From a candidate division FCPU426 bacterium (GTDB lineage: Bacteria; Oederibacteriota; Muellerivitia; Muellerivitales; Muellerivitaceae): 64,000 nt of DNA. Made by a program: the position numbers and the translations under genes. The notes beneath the pieces are model-generated. The model saw only the letters and a program-made list of their open reading frames with translations. It made no database searches and was not told where the DNA came from. Positions within the stretch are counted from its first letter, which is position 1. Every line of letters begins with the position of its first letter. This document shows, one piece after another, positions 21,101-28,969 of this stretch. The stretch covers positions 224,001-288,000 of the forward strand of contig CAWCKJ010000006.1 of the NCBI GenBank assembly GCA_963796105.1, in the 5' to 3' direction.

Positions 21101-21734
21101 GATCGATAGGCTGGGCCTGGTGAACATGGTAGCCATGGAGGAATACGACGAATTGTCCCAACGGTACAAGTTTCTTTCCGAGCAGCAGGAGGACCTTTTG
21201 AAGGCCAAGGATGACCTGCAGAAGGCCATCCAAAAGATCAACTTAACCTCTAGGGAGCTTTTTTCCTCCACCTTCGCCACGGTCCAAGAAAATTTTAAGG
21301 ATGTGTTCCAACGCCTGTTCGAGGGCGGAAGGGCCGAGCTGATTCTCGTGGACGAGGGGGATGTCCTGGAATCGGGCATCGAGATCGTGGCGAGGCCTCC
21401 CGGAAAAAGACTACAATCCGTTTCCCTCCTTTCGGGCGGGGAAAAAGCCCTGACCGCCATCGCCCTGTTATTCGCCCTTTTCCTGGTGAAACCCAGCCCC
21501 TTCTGCCTCCTGGATGAGATTGACGCCCCATTGGACGACGTGAATGTCGGGCGGTTCACGCACCTCTTGAAGGAATTCAGCAAAAGGACCCAATTCATCA
21601 TGATCACCCATAACAAGGTCAGCATGGAAACGGCGGATGTGATCTACGGAGTGACCATGCAGGAATCCGGCGTCTCGAAGATAGTCTCCGCTAAATTCAA
21701 GGAAAACCGTCCAGAGGAAACAGCGGTTTCTTGA
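18153..21734 (+). CDS. smc: chromosome segregation protein SMC
   Basis: GFKSF, GPNGCGKT, coiled coils with hinge, LSGGEKAL, LDEIDAPLD. Confidence 0.97.
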   Translation: MFLKKLEVHGFKSFSDKTELLFEPGITAIVGPNGCGKTNVADGIRWVMGEQSAKGLRAAEMTDVIFNGTESRKPSGMCDVTLVLSNEDKTLPLEFNEVSITRRVYRSGESEYLINQVPARLKDVKELFMGTGLGISAYSVMAQGQMEQIVTSKPIERRALFEEAAGITKFKSRKVEALRKLEATEQNLVRIADITAELKRQIHSLERQAKQAEKYRQFKEKLGILQVQIHLDKSVKLRAKSESLHQKMREVQERLDSAHANASQLEQEEKQFRVRLDEIEQELAKAREEAYKVSSEVEVTQGRIEGTKRHKNMLTDLRQRNDQETAEAFGRSEQLKVWVEERSRLQASKESQKNEKGLLEQELQGKMEALESELAGKTRDLEAMNVVAVDLVTKSAQMKAELDSLQSQDEETSRRVGDLVAQLEKNLAELKGVSDKREGFLTGKLESQAEEARIEENLLRIQGALAQQGALIVDAEEELKKLNNAFSEARSRYGVLEELQNKLTGYDAGVKAILQARQSEPLMWQEVLGVVADLISVDKVHEGAVETLLGSQLQSLVVRYRSTAEKVVAYLKSEGQGKVSLLVLEDLAKQAQADQVAPALNESGVLGSILSFLKYEPSLEPVVKFLFGQDLLASEWALAENLSVLHPRLRFVTRDGDRMGPLGSLKAGSAVSGVSLLGRHREMNELSEKMVELENQVQQGEAKLATAKKERKEMEDSLLASENRRQQVRILLAETEKEIAQSQETLLRLENEKTVLEREKALCEAHWNSDKNRIGELSTLLNQSEQTQHSTQEEINQARGGLQTLQTQKEEISRQKMQVRLELDSLEEVAERAKEEAERYQAELNQLARLVSQKKDENQQLGLQEQQLSLDLEDLDRKIGGLSQTKRDADKQAGKVAEKRAAVSAEAGERAEKVRQARVRFEEVQKELHALDLQEAQISVEIRNIEEKLQYEYKVDPENPPVALEKEFDGEEAEKESIELRAKIDRLGLVNMVAMEEYDELSQRYKFLSEQQEDLLKAKDDLQKAIQKINLTSRELFSSTFATVQENFKDVFQRLFEGGRAELILVDEGDVLESGIEIVARPPGKRLQSVSLLSGGEKALTAIALLFALFLVKPSPFCLLDEIDAPLDDVNVGRFTHLLKEFSKRTQFIMITHNKVSMETADVIYGVTMQESGVSKIVSAKFKENRPEETAVS

Positions 21735-22846
21735 TCCGATCCCTCTTCTCCCGAACCGAAAAGATTTTCAAGGCCCTCCTTTGGCTTATTTTGGGCCGAG
21801 TCCTGGATTGGTTCCCTGGAAAAACAAATCTTCCCGCGCCTCCCAGGTCCCTTCTCCTCCTGAGGCCCGACCGGCTGGGGGATTTCATTCTTTCCTCCCC
21901 GGCATTTTTCGCGCTGCTCCGGGAGGCGGGGCCTTCCTGCCGGATCACTTTCTTGGCCGGCGAAAGAAACGAGGCCCTTGCCCGTAAAATTTTTCCGTTC
22001 GCCGAGGTCCTCCTCTGGCGGAAGGGCTGGCTATCCCGGCTTAAGGTGATATCCCGTCTCATCCTGGGCCGGTTCGACGCGGCGATTGATTTTCATTCCT
22101 TCCCCTTTTCAACAACCTCGGCCTTCTTATCGGTCCTTTCCGGAGCCTCCCGGCGGGCGGGCTTTTGGCAGGGGGGCCTGGAAGACGCCGTTTCCAGGAA
22201 GGTTTTCAATGAGGGTATTCCGTCCCCGGAGGAAAATAAACCTGAGCCCGCTAAAAGTTTTTCGCTGGTTAAAAAAATATTCCCGGAGGCGTCTTTACGG
22301 TTTCGCGATTTAAGTTCCCGGCTCGCTTCGCCCCAAGCCGCCTTAAAGGCCCGGCTTTTCTACAGCCATTGCGGTATCCGTAAGGCGGATAAGGTATTGG
22401 GAATTCATCCCACCCTAGGCAAGAAGGATAACCGGTGGAATCCAGCTAATTACGCTCGCCTGATCACGCTTCTCAAGGGAATCAAGGGATTGAAGGTGGT
22501 TTTGGTTCACGGCGAAGGGGAATCCAGGGAACTGGAACTTTTTAATAGCTCCAACCAGGGAATGCCCGGCGTCTTTCTGCTTCCTGAAAGCGATATTTTT
22601 TTTATACTGGAAGCCGCCAAAAGGTTTGGCCTTTTCGTTTGCGGGGACAGCGGCCTGATGCACGCCTGCGCCTTGGTCACGAGGGTATTCGCGGTTTTCG
22701 GGCCCAGTGATCCCGAAAGATGGGGACCCTTGGATATTCATCGAAACAGGATATTCCGGAAAAAAGATCATCTTTGTGATTCGGTCCGTTCAGAGGAAAT
22801 AGCCCGGGCCGTCAGGAAAGAAATCCTGAAACCTCTGAAAAACTAA
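21731..22846 (+). CDS. glycosyltransferase family 9 (LPS heptosyltransferase-like)
   Basis: RPDRLGDFIL, RW, GDSGLMH, VFGPSDPERWGP. Confidence 0.9.
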   Translation: MIRSLFSRTEKIFKALLWLILGRVLDWFPGKTNLPAPPRSLLLLRPDRLGDFILSSPAFFALLREAGPSCRITFLAGERNEALARKIFPFAEVLLWRKGWLSRLKVISRLILGRFDAAIDFHSFPFSTTSAFLSVLSGASRRAGFWQGGLEDAVSRKVFNEGIPSPEENKPEPAKSFSLVKKIFPEASLRFRDLSSRLASPQAALKARLFYSHCGIRKADKVLGIHPTLGKKDNRWNPANYARLITLLKGIKGLKVVLVHGEGESRELELFNSSNQGMPGVFLLPESDIFFILEAAKRFGLFVCGDSGLMHACALVTRVFAVFGPSDPERWGPLDIHRNRIFRKKDHLCDSVRSEEIARAVRKEILKPLKN

Positions 22847-23032
22847 ACTGGAGCTTCAAACAGAGGTTTCGACTCCATGCCAATTTCTACTGAAGCTTCA
22901 AAGAGATCGGAATAGTCTTGAATTCCATCGCGTTTTAACGCGATGGAGGACAAAGATTTCCACGGGAAATCGTGGGGTTATCATTAATGGTTGCTGAAAA
23001 AGCCGGCGCTATGCCGACTTTTTCAGAGCTTA
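22828..23032 (+). mobile_element. MITE-like repeat, copy 1
   Basis: Terminal inverted repeats AAACCTCTGAAAAACT / ACTTTTTCAGAGCTT; homologous to 59592..59722 in the opposite orientation. Confidence 0.75.
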
Positions 23033-23051
23033 CATCCTATAAATTCAGGGG

Positions 23052-23982
23052 ATGAGCATGGGGTTGTTCGATAAGTTCAAAAGGGGTCTCGCGAAAACCG
23101 CCCGACAGTTGACCTCCAACCTGGGTGCCTTGATGGGGGAAAAAGCCCGCCTCTCAGACGGCGCCGCCAAGGATTTGGAGGAGAGATTGGTGTCAACCGA
23201 TATGGGCCTTGGGATGGCTCAGTCGATATTGGGAGAAGTCCAGGAAAGGCTTGAAAAAACGGGAAAAAACGAAACCCCAGCGCTTCCCGTTCTTTTGCGG
23301 GAAATGTTGATACGGCGGCTTTCCGGTTATCATACCCCATGGGAATTGGCCCGGCCCTCGGTGGTCCTGCTGGTCGGGGTCAATGGGGCCGGTAAAACCA
23401 CCACCGCAGGCAAATTGGGGGCCCGTTATTCCGGCGAAGGCAGGAAGGTTCTGCTGGCTGCGGGGGATACCTTCAGGGCGGCCGCTGAAGAACAGCTGAC
23501 GTCTTGGGCCGAACGTGCTAAAGTAGAACTCGTTCGCGGGTCCCATGGCGCGGCTTCTTCCGCGGTGGTCTTTGACGCGATTAAATCAGGTTTGCAAAAC
23601 GGCTCGGATTGCGTGATTGTGGATACGGCTGGAAGGCTCCATAATCGTTCCAACTTGATGGAAGAACTTAAAAAGATCGCCAGGGTGGCCGAAAAAGCGG
23701 CTCCAGGCATCCGCCATGAGAAATGGCTGGTTTTGGACGCCAATACAGGGCAGAATGCCCTTAATCAAACCCGTGATTTTCACCTGGGAATGGGATTGAC
23801 GGGCCTGGTAATAACTAAGTTGGACGGAACCGCCAAGGGCGGCATTGTCGTGAACCTTTGCGAGCAAGAGGGACTGCCGGTGAGGTTCCTGGGAGTGGGG
23901 GAAGGGATAGAAGATACTCATTCCTTTCGACGTGAAAATGTTCGTTGAGGCCCTGGTGCCTGATACCCTGACGATGGTTTAA
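23052..23982 (+). CDS. ftsY: SRP receptor FtsY with an apparent +1 frameshift near the C-terminus (as written, ORF ends at 23948)
   Basis: GVNGAGKTTT, DTFRAAA, DTAGR, TKLDGTAKGG, GVGE; removing one base near 23916 restores EDLIPFDVKMFVEALV ending at TAA 23982. Confidence 0.93.
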
Positions 23983-23996
23983 GAGGAGGAGTTTTA

Positions 23997-24347
23997 ATGG
24001 AACGTTTGGTGCTTGCCACTCGAGCGGCCATGTCGAACACTTCGGTCACGGTCGTCGATATCGAGGGCGTCCTCGACATCAACACTGTCGGTGATTTCGA
24101 GGCGATCCTCCAGGATCTGTTCAAAAAGAAGCAGTATAAAATAGTCCTGAATATGAAAAAGCTGACCTATATCTCAAGCGCGGGCTTCGGGGTTCTTATG
24201 AGCATCATCAAAGATGTCCGGAAGAACCGGGGCGACATCAAGATCGCCAACGTCAACGCGGATATTTACAAGGTGTTCGACCTTCTGGAGTTACCGGGCC
24301 TTTTCCATATTCTAAAAACAGAGCAAGACGCCGTAACGGAATTTTAG
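23997..24347 (+). CDS. STAS-domain anti-sigma-factor antagonist
   Basis: G.LD...IVLNM..LTYISSAGFGVL...VFDLLEL; GAGGAG RBS. Confidence 0.9.
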   Translation: MERLVLATRAAMSNTSVTVVDIEGVLDINTVGDFEAILQDLFKKKQYKIVLNMKKLTYISSAGFGVLMSIIKDVRKNRGDIKIANVNADIYKVFDLLELPGLFHILKTEQDAVTEF

Positions 24348-24356
24348 GTTTAACGC

Positions 24357-25361
24357 TTGTCTTCCCCTTCCTCCCGCCAACAACGTGGGTTCCATTTTCT
24401 TGTTTTGTTTTCCATTTTTAATTTATTCCTATTCCAGGCTCTTCCCCTTTCCGCCACCGAGACGAAATTCACCCTGCTATTCACGAATGACCACCAGGGC
24501 CAGGTGGAGCCCTTAGTCCTCACGGACCCCTCCAAACCAGTCGGGGGTGTCGCGCGGCGGATGGCTTTGATCCAAAAGATCCGAGAGGAGGTTGGGGAAA
24601 AGAAAGTTTTGCTTGTGGATAGCGGGGACTTGTTCACGGGAACTCTCCTTTCCGAGGCCAGCCGCGGGGAAGTCGACTGCGCGGCCTATCAGATGATGAA
24701 ATACGACGCCATCGCTCTGGGGGAGCATGACTTCGCCTATGGCACGAAAACCCTCCTGGAATACCGTAAAAAATTCGGCATGCAGTGGGTCGCGGCCAAC
24801 GTCGTTAGCGGAGTCCAGCCGTTCCTGCGTCCTTACGCGCTGAAGAACGTCGGAATTAGGGTCGGTTTGATCGGTTTCAGCCATCCGGATACCCGGACCC
24901 TGGCCGGAAGGGAAAACGTCAAGGGATTGGTGTTTAACCAGCCAGGCGCAACCGCCAAAGGCCTTCAAACGATATTTAAGAAAGACGCTGATATTTTCGT
25001 GGTTTTAAGCCGTTTGGGAGTGGAGGGAGACAAGAAGTTCTCGAAGGAAAATTCCTTCGTCCATATCATCGTTGGGGGTTACAGCCACACTCTGTTAAAT
25101 GAGCCCCTGGCCACCAAGGACGAGGACGGCAGTCTAGTGGGACCCTTGATCTGCCAAGCGGGATCCCAGGGACTTTATCTCGGGCGCCTGGACCTGACCG
25201 TGGAGGGCCATCGGGATAAAAAGACCAAGCACGCCGAATACAACATCGTGGATTACCATTATCAGCTTATTCCCATCACCGCGGATCTCCCCGAGGATCC
25301 CAAAATGGTGAAGCTTTTGGAAACCTATCGGACCCGGTATAAAGGCGCACAAGAACGTTGA
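24357..25361 (+). CDS. 5'-nucleotidase-like metallophosphoesterase N-terminal domain, degenerate active site, no C-terminal domain
   Basis: FTNDHQG, GGVARR, DSGD, LGEHDF, SRLG, GGYSH, QAG..G.YLGRLDL. Confidence 0.8.
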   Translation: MSSPSSRQQRGFHFLVLFSIFNLFLFQALPLSATETKFTLLFTNDHQGQVEPLVLTDPSKPVGGVARRMALIQKIREEVGEKKVLLVDSGDLFTGTLLSEASRGEVDCAAYQMMKYDAIALGEHDFAYGTKTLLEYRKKFGMQWVAANVVSGVQPFLRPYALKNVGIRVGLIGFSHPDTRTLAGRENVKGLVFNQPGATAKGLQTIFKKDADIFVVLSRLGVEGDKKFSKENSFVHIIVGGYSHTLLNEPLATKDEDGSLVGPLICQAGSQGLYLGRLDLTVEGHRDKKTKHAEYNIVDYHYQLIPITADLPEDPKMVKLLETYRTRYKGAQER

Positions 25362-25526
25362 GCAGGGCGTTTTCAACTTATTTCCTACATTACTGCGAAA
25401 TTAACCGAAGTTTTATCCATTCAGTTTTTTCTGACTCCCGTGAGCGCCTTTAATTAGGCATTATTACGTCTTGTTGTAATCCAACCTTTCCCACGGATGG
25501 TTTTACCGGAGGATTTCATCCATTCC

Positions 25527-25554
25527 TTGACACTCGGCTTTCACCCCATATAAT
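25527..25554 (+). promoter_or_regulatory. consensus sigma70 promoter upstream of glgA
   Basis: TTGACA-16 bp-TATAAT. Confidence 0.7.
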
Positions 25555-25866
25555 GCGACAGTTTAACGGCAAAGCGTTAAAAATCAGGCCCTGAATTACC
25601 ATTTTACCCTGGAAGAAACGTCGAAATGACCGATGGAATCCTGTTGGTCCGAAAGGAATTCCAAGAATAGCACTATTTTCAATCATTACCGGATCAACGA
25701 ATTCTTCCGTTGGTTAACTTTAAGGCGGGAAACCGGACGATTAATTGGGATAATGGATTAGTGAAATCAGGCTTTTGCTGTTTTGAAATGAAAATAAATA
25801 ATTAGAAAGCCGGCTGGTTTGCGGCCTAGGTTTTAACAACGCGGGAAGGGTATAAGAAGGTTTTCA

Positions 25867-27381
25867 ATGGCTCGAAATAATACAACTCAAAATGGCTCTT
25901 CCGGTCAACCGGGGGCGGGACCGTTGAAAAGACGGATCCTGTTCGTTTCCTCCGAGGTGGTCCCATACGCGAAAACCGGGGGGCTCGCCGATGTGGTGGG
26001 GGCACTTCCCCTAGCCTTGGCGAAATTGGGCTGTGAGGTGGGAGTGGTGATGCCCCGCTACAAGGCGGTCACCCAGGAGAAATTCCATCTTCGAATGGAA
26101 GTGAAAGCAATGCCCGTTCCCATGGGAATGGGGGAAATGAGCGCGGACATCCTTTCAGCCCCGTTAGGAAACACGCCCAGCAAGATTTATTTCATTCAGA
26201 ATGACCGCTACTTTGACCGGGAGGGCCTGTACGGCTCTCCTGAGGGCGATTTCCAGGATAACGCCGAACGGTTCGCTTTCTTTTCCCGCGCGGTCTTGGA
26301 AATGCTCAAGTCCATCCATTGGTATCCCCACATCCTGCACTTAAACGATTGGCAGACAGGCCTCGCTGCCGCCTACTTGAAAACCCTATACGGAAACCTT
26401 CCTTATTTCGAGAGGATCCGGACCCTTTTCACCATCCACAATATGGCTTACCAGGGCTTGTTTCCAAAGTATGTGCTTCCCATGACGGGCTTGGGATGGG
26501 AGGAATTCACCCCTGAAAAGATCGAGTTTTACGGCCAGGTGAATTACCTGAAATCCGGCCTGGTTTATTCGGATGCCCTGAATACCGTCTCCGAGAAATA
26601 CGCCCAGGAGATCCAAGCCGACGAATACGGCCACGGCCTGCAGGGACTGCTCCAATCCCGCGCCGCGGACCTTTACGGGATCGTCAATGGGATCGACTAC
26701 CTGGAATGGAACCCCGCCACCGACAAGGAAATACCCTCGCAATATACGGCCAAGAATTCCAGCCTGAAAGCCGAGTCCAAGAAGAAACTCCTGAGGGAGC
26801 TGGACCTGGAATACAAAGCCGACACTCCCGTGATAGGCCTTGTCTCGCGCCTGACGGACCAGAAGGGAATGGATTTGATCGCGGACATCATCCATGAGTT
26901 CCTCTCCATGGACGTCCAATTCGTGCTGTTGGGGACCGGCGACCCGCGCTACCACGCCCTGTTCAAGGACCTTCAGGGCCGGTTCCCGAAAAACCTGGCC
27001 GCGGCCTTCCGCTTCGACAATCCCCTGGCCAAGCTCATTTACGCGGGAAGCGATATGTTTCTCATGCCATCGAGGTTCGAGCCCTGCGGATTGGGCCAGA
27101 TGATCGCCATGAAATTCGGAACCATCCCGATCGTGCGGAAGACCGGGGGGCTTTCCGACACCGTAGAGAACCTTTCCCCTGACGGCTCGAAGGGGACGGG
27201 TTTTGTTTTTGAGAATTACAAAAGCGGGGACCTGTTGGCTTCCATCAAGAGGGCAGTGGAGGCTTACCGCCAAAAACAGATTTGGCATCCCCTCATCCAG
27301 CGGGCCATGGGCCAGGACTTTTCCTGGACTGCCTCCGCTAGGAAATACGAAGAGCTTTATGAGACGATATTGAGAAAGTAA
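25867..27381 (+). CDS. glgA: glycogen synthase
   Basis: KTGGLADV, HLNDWQT, TIHN, NGID, PSRFEPCGLGQM, TGGL.DTV. Confidence 0.96.
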   Translation: MARNNTTQNGSSGQPGAGPLKRRILFVSSEVVPYAKTGGLADVVGALPLALAKLGCEVGVVMPRYKAVTQEKFHLRMEVKAMPVPMGMGEMSADILSAPLGNTPSKIYFIQNDRYFDREGLYGSPEGDFQDNAERFAFFSRAVLEMLKSIHWYPHILHLNDWQTGLAAAYLKTLYGNLPYFERIRTLFTIHNMAYQGLFPKYVLPMTGLGWEEFTPEKIEFYGQVNYLKSGLVYSDALNTVSEKYAQEIQADEYGHGLQGLLQSRAADLYGIVNGIDYLEWNPATDKEIPSQYTAKNSSLKAESKKKLLRELDLEYKADTPVIGLVSRLTDQKGMDLIADIIHEFLSMDVQFVLLGTGDPRYHALFKDLQGRFPKNLAAAFRFDNPLAKLIYAGSDMFLMPSRFEPCGLGQMIAMKFGTIPIVRKTGGLSDTVENLSPDGSKGTGFVFENYKSGDLLASIKRAVEAYRQKQIWHPLIQRAMGQDFSWTASARKYEELYETILRK

Positions 27382-27527
27382 TCCGCCGCCCTTCCAGTTC
27401 CCATTCCTTGAATCACCAAGGTTTTTTCCTTATTGTCCTTTTGGATGTTTTATGAAAGCTGTCGCGGGGCACACAAAGGCGGAAAATAAGGGAACTGAAT
27501 TTTTAATGAAAAACGGTTAAAGGAAAC

Positions 27528-28814
27528 ATGATTCACACTATTAAGGAATTTTTACAAAACAAAGATGACCTGCTGAGGGAGCAGTGGAACGCCTCGTCCA
27601 GGACCCTTTCGTCCCGGGTGGACCAGTTCAAACCCGACTCGCCCATTTTCCACAAGATCCGTAAGATATTGATGGACCTGGTCGACATCGTGGAAAAGAA
27701 GGGCAGCGCTGAACAGGCCGTGGACTCGGCGCTCAAACCCATCGTCTCCGAGCTCCGGAGCCTCCAGGCCGAAAATCAGTTAAATCCCACGGAAATGGTC
27801 TTTTTCCTGTTCCTCATGAGGGATATCCTCCGGGAAACCATCAAGCGGATGGGGGAGGCCTCCGCGAAAGAAGACCAGGCCAACGGGAACCAGGCCTATT
27901 CCGATGAGCTGGACCAGGTTTCCTCCCTCCTGAACCGCCTGGGCCTGGTTTTCTTCGAAAGCGCCATGCGCTTGAAGGAGGAGGATGGGTTCAACCAGGA
28001 TGTACTGGCCATCGAGTACGCCCTCCTTTACGAGAGGACCCGGCAGATCGCCATCACCGACCGCCTGACGGGCCTTTACAACTTCGGGTATTTCCTGGAG
28101 CGCTTGAAGGAGGAGAGGGTCCGCGCCGAGAGGTACCACCGGCTCCTATCCCTGATCATTTTCGATATCGACCATTTCAAGAAATACAACGACGCCAACG
28201 GCCACCCGGCAGGGAACGAGGTTTTAATAGAGATCGCCAAAATCCTCCAGGACGAGGCCCGTGAGGTGGATATCGTCGCGCGCTATGGGGGGGAGGAAAT
28301 GGTCCTGGTGCTCCCGGAAACCAGCCGCAAACGCGCCTTCGAGATGGCGGACCGGATCAGGGAAAAAATCGCGGGGACTGTCTTCCCCCATATGGAATCC
28401 CAGCCCAAAGGTCGTTTGACCGTTTCCGCAGGAGTGGCCACTTTTCCCGTGGACGCCGCCAACGAGGATGAGTTGGTCCAATCAGCCGACAGCAGCCTGT
28501 ACGAGGCCAAGTCGAAGGGGCGTAACTGCGTGGTGGCCTTTGAGCCGCCGCTCAAAGTCACCCTGATTTATAAGCCTCACCGCGAGGTTTCCAAGGTCGC
28601 CTTGGTCGGGGATTTCAACAACTGGGACAAGGATGTGGACTCGATGATCCGCCAGCCGGACGGCAGTTTCCAGTTCATCATTTCCTTGAACCGGGGAACC
28701 TACCATTACAAGTTCGTCTTGAACGACGTGGAATGGATTCCCGATCCGGCCTGTCCGGAAAGGGTTACGGATACCCTCGGGGGCGACAACAGCGTTCTTC
28801 GGGTTGGAAGTTGA
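27528..28814 (+). CDS. diguanylate cyclase: RsbRD_N-like helical domain + GGDEF + C-terminal CBM48/AMPK-beta-like glycogen-binding domain
   Basis: D.LTGLYN, DIDHFKKYND..GH..G, REVD I-site, RYGGEEM, LY.AK..GRN; C-terminal V.LVGDFNNW...G.Y.YKF...W.PDP...GG.NSVL. Confidence 0.9.
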   Translation: MIHTIKEFLQNKDDLLREQWNASSRTLSSRVDQFKPDSPIFHKIRKILMDLVDIVEKKGSAEQAVDSALKPIVSELRSLQAENQLNPTEMVFFLFLMRDILRETIKRMGEASAKEDQANGNQAYSDELDQVSSLLNRLGLVFFESAMRLKEEDGFNQDVLAIEYALLYERTRQIAITDRLTGLYNFGYFLERLKEERVRAERYHRLLSLIIFDIDHFKKYNDANGHPAGNEVLIEIAKILQDEAREVDIVARYGGEEMVLVLPETSRKRAFEMADRIREKIAGTVFPHMESQPKGRLTVSAGVATFPVDAANEDELVQSADSSLYEAKSKGRNCVVAFEPPLKVTLIYKPHREVSKVALVGDFNNWDKDVDSMIRQPDGSFQFIISLNRGTYHYKFVLNDVEWIPDPACPERVTDTLGGDNSVLRVGS

Positions 28815-28969
28815 AGGGCGTTCTTCCTTAAACGCCTCCATGGGGTTTTATCACCCAATTTGGTTGTTCAAATCGCTTGATTCCAGGCCGTCTTCTCATA
28901 GAAAACACTCAACATTTCAATCGGCTTTTGATAATCTTACGGTCTTAATTCGAGTTTATTGGACCTAAA

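Noticed and set aside
25359..25460. TGA stop of the nucleotidase-like gene as selenocysteine or readthrough into a missing C-terminal domain
   Set aside because: The downstream frame closes after about 30 codons with no nucleotidase similarity
28815..28969. T-box leader upstream of ileS
   Set aside because: The interval is too short and no T-box consensus or terminator is visible
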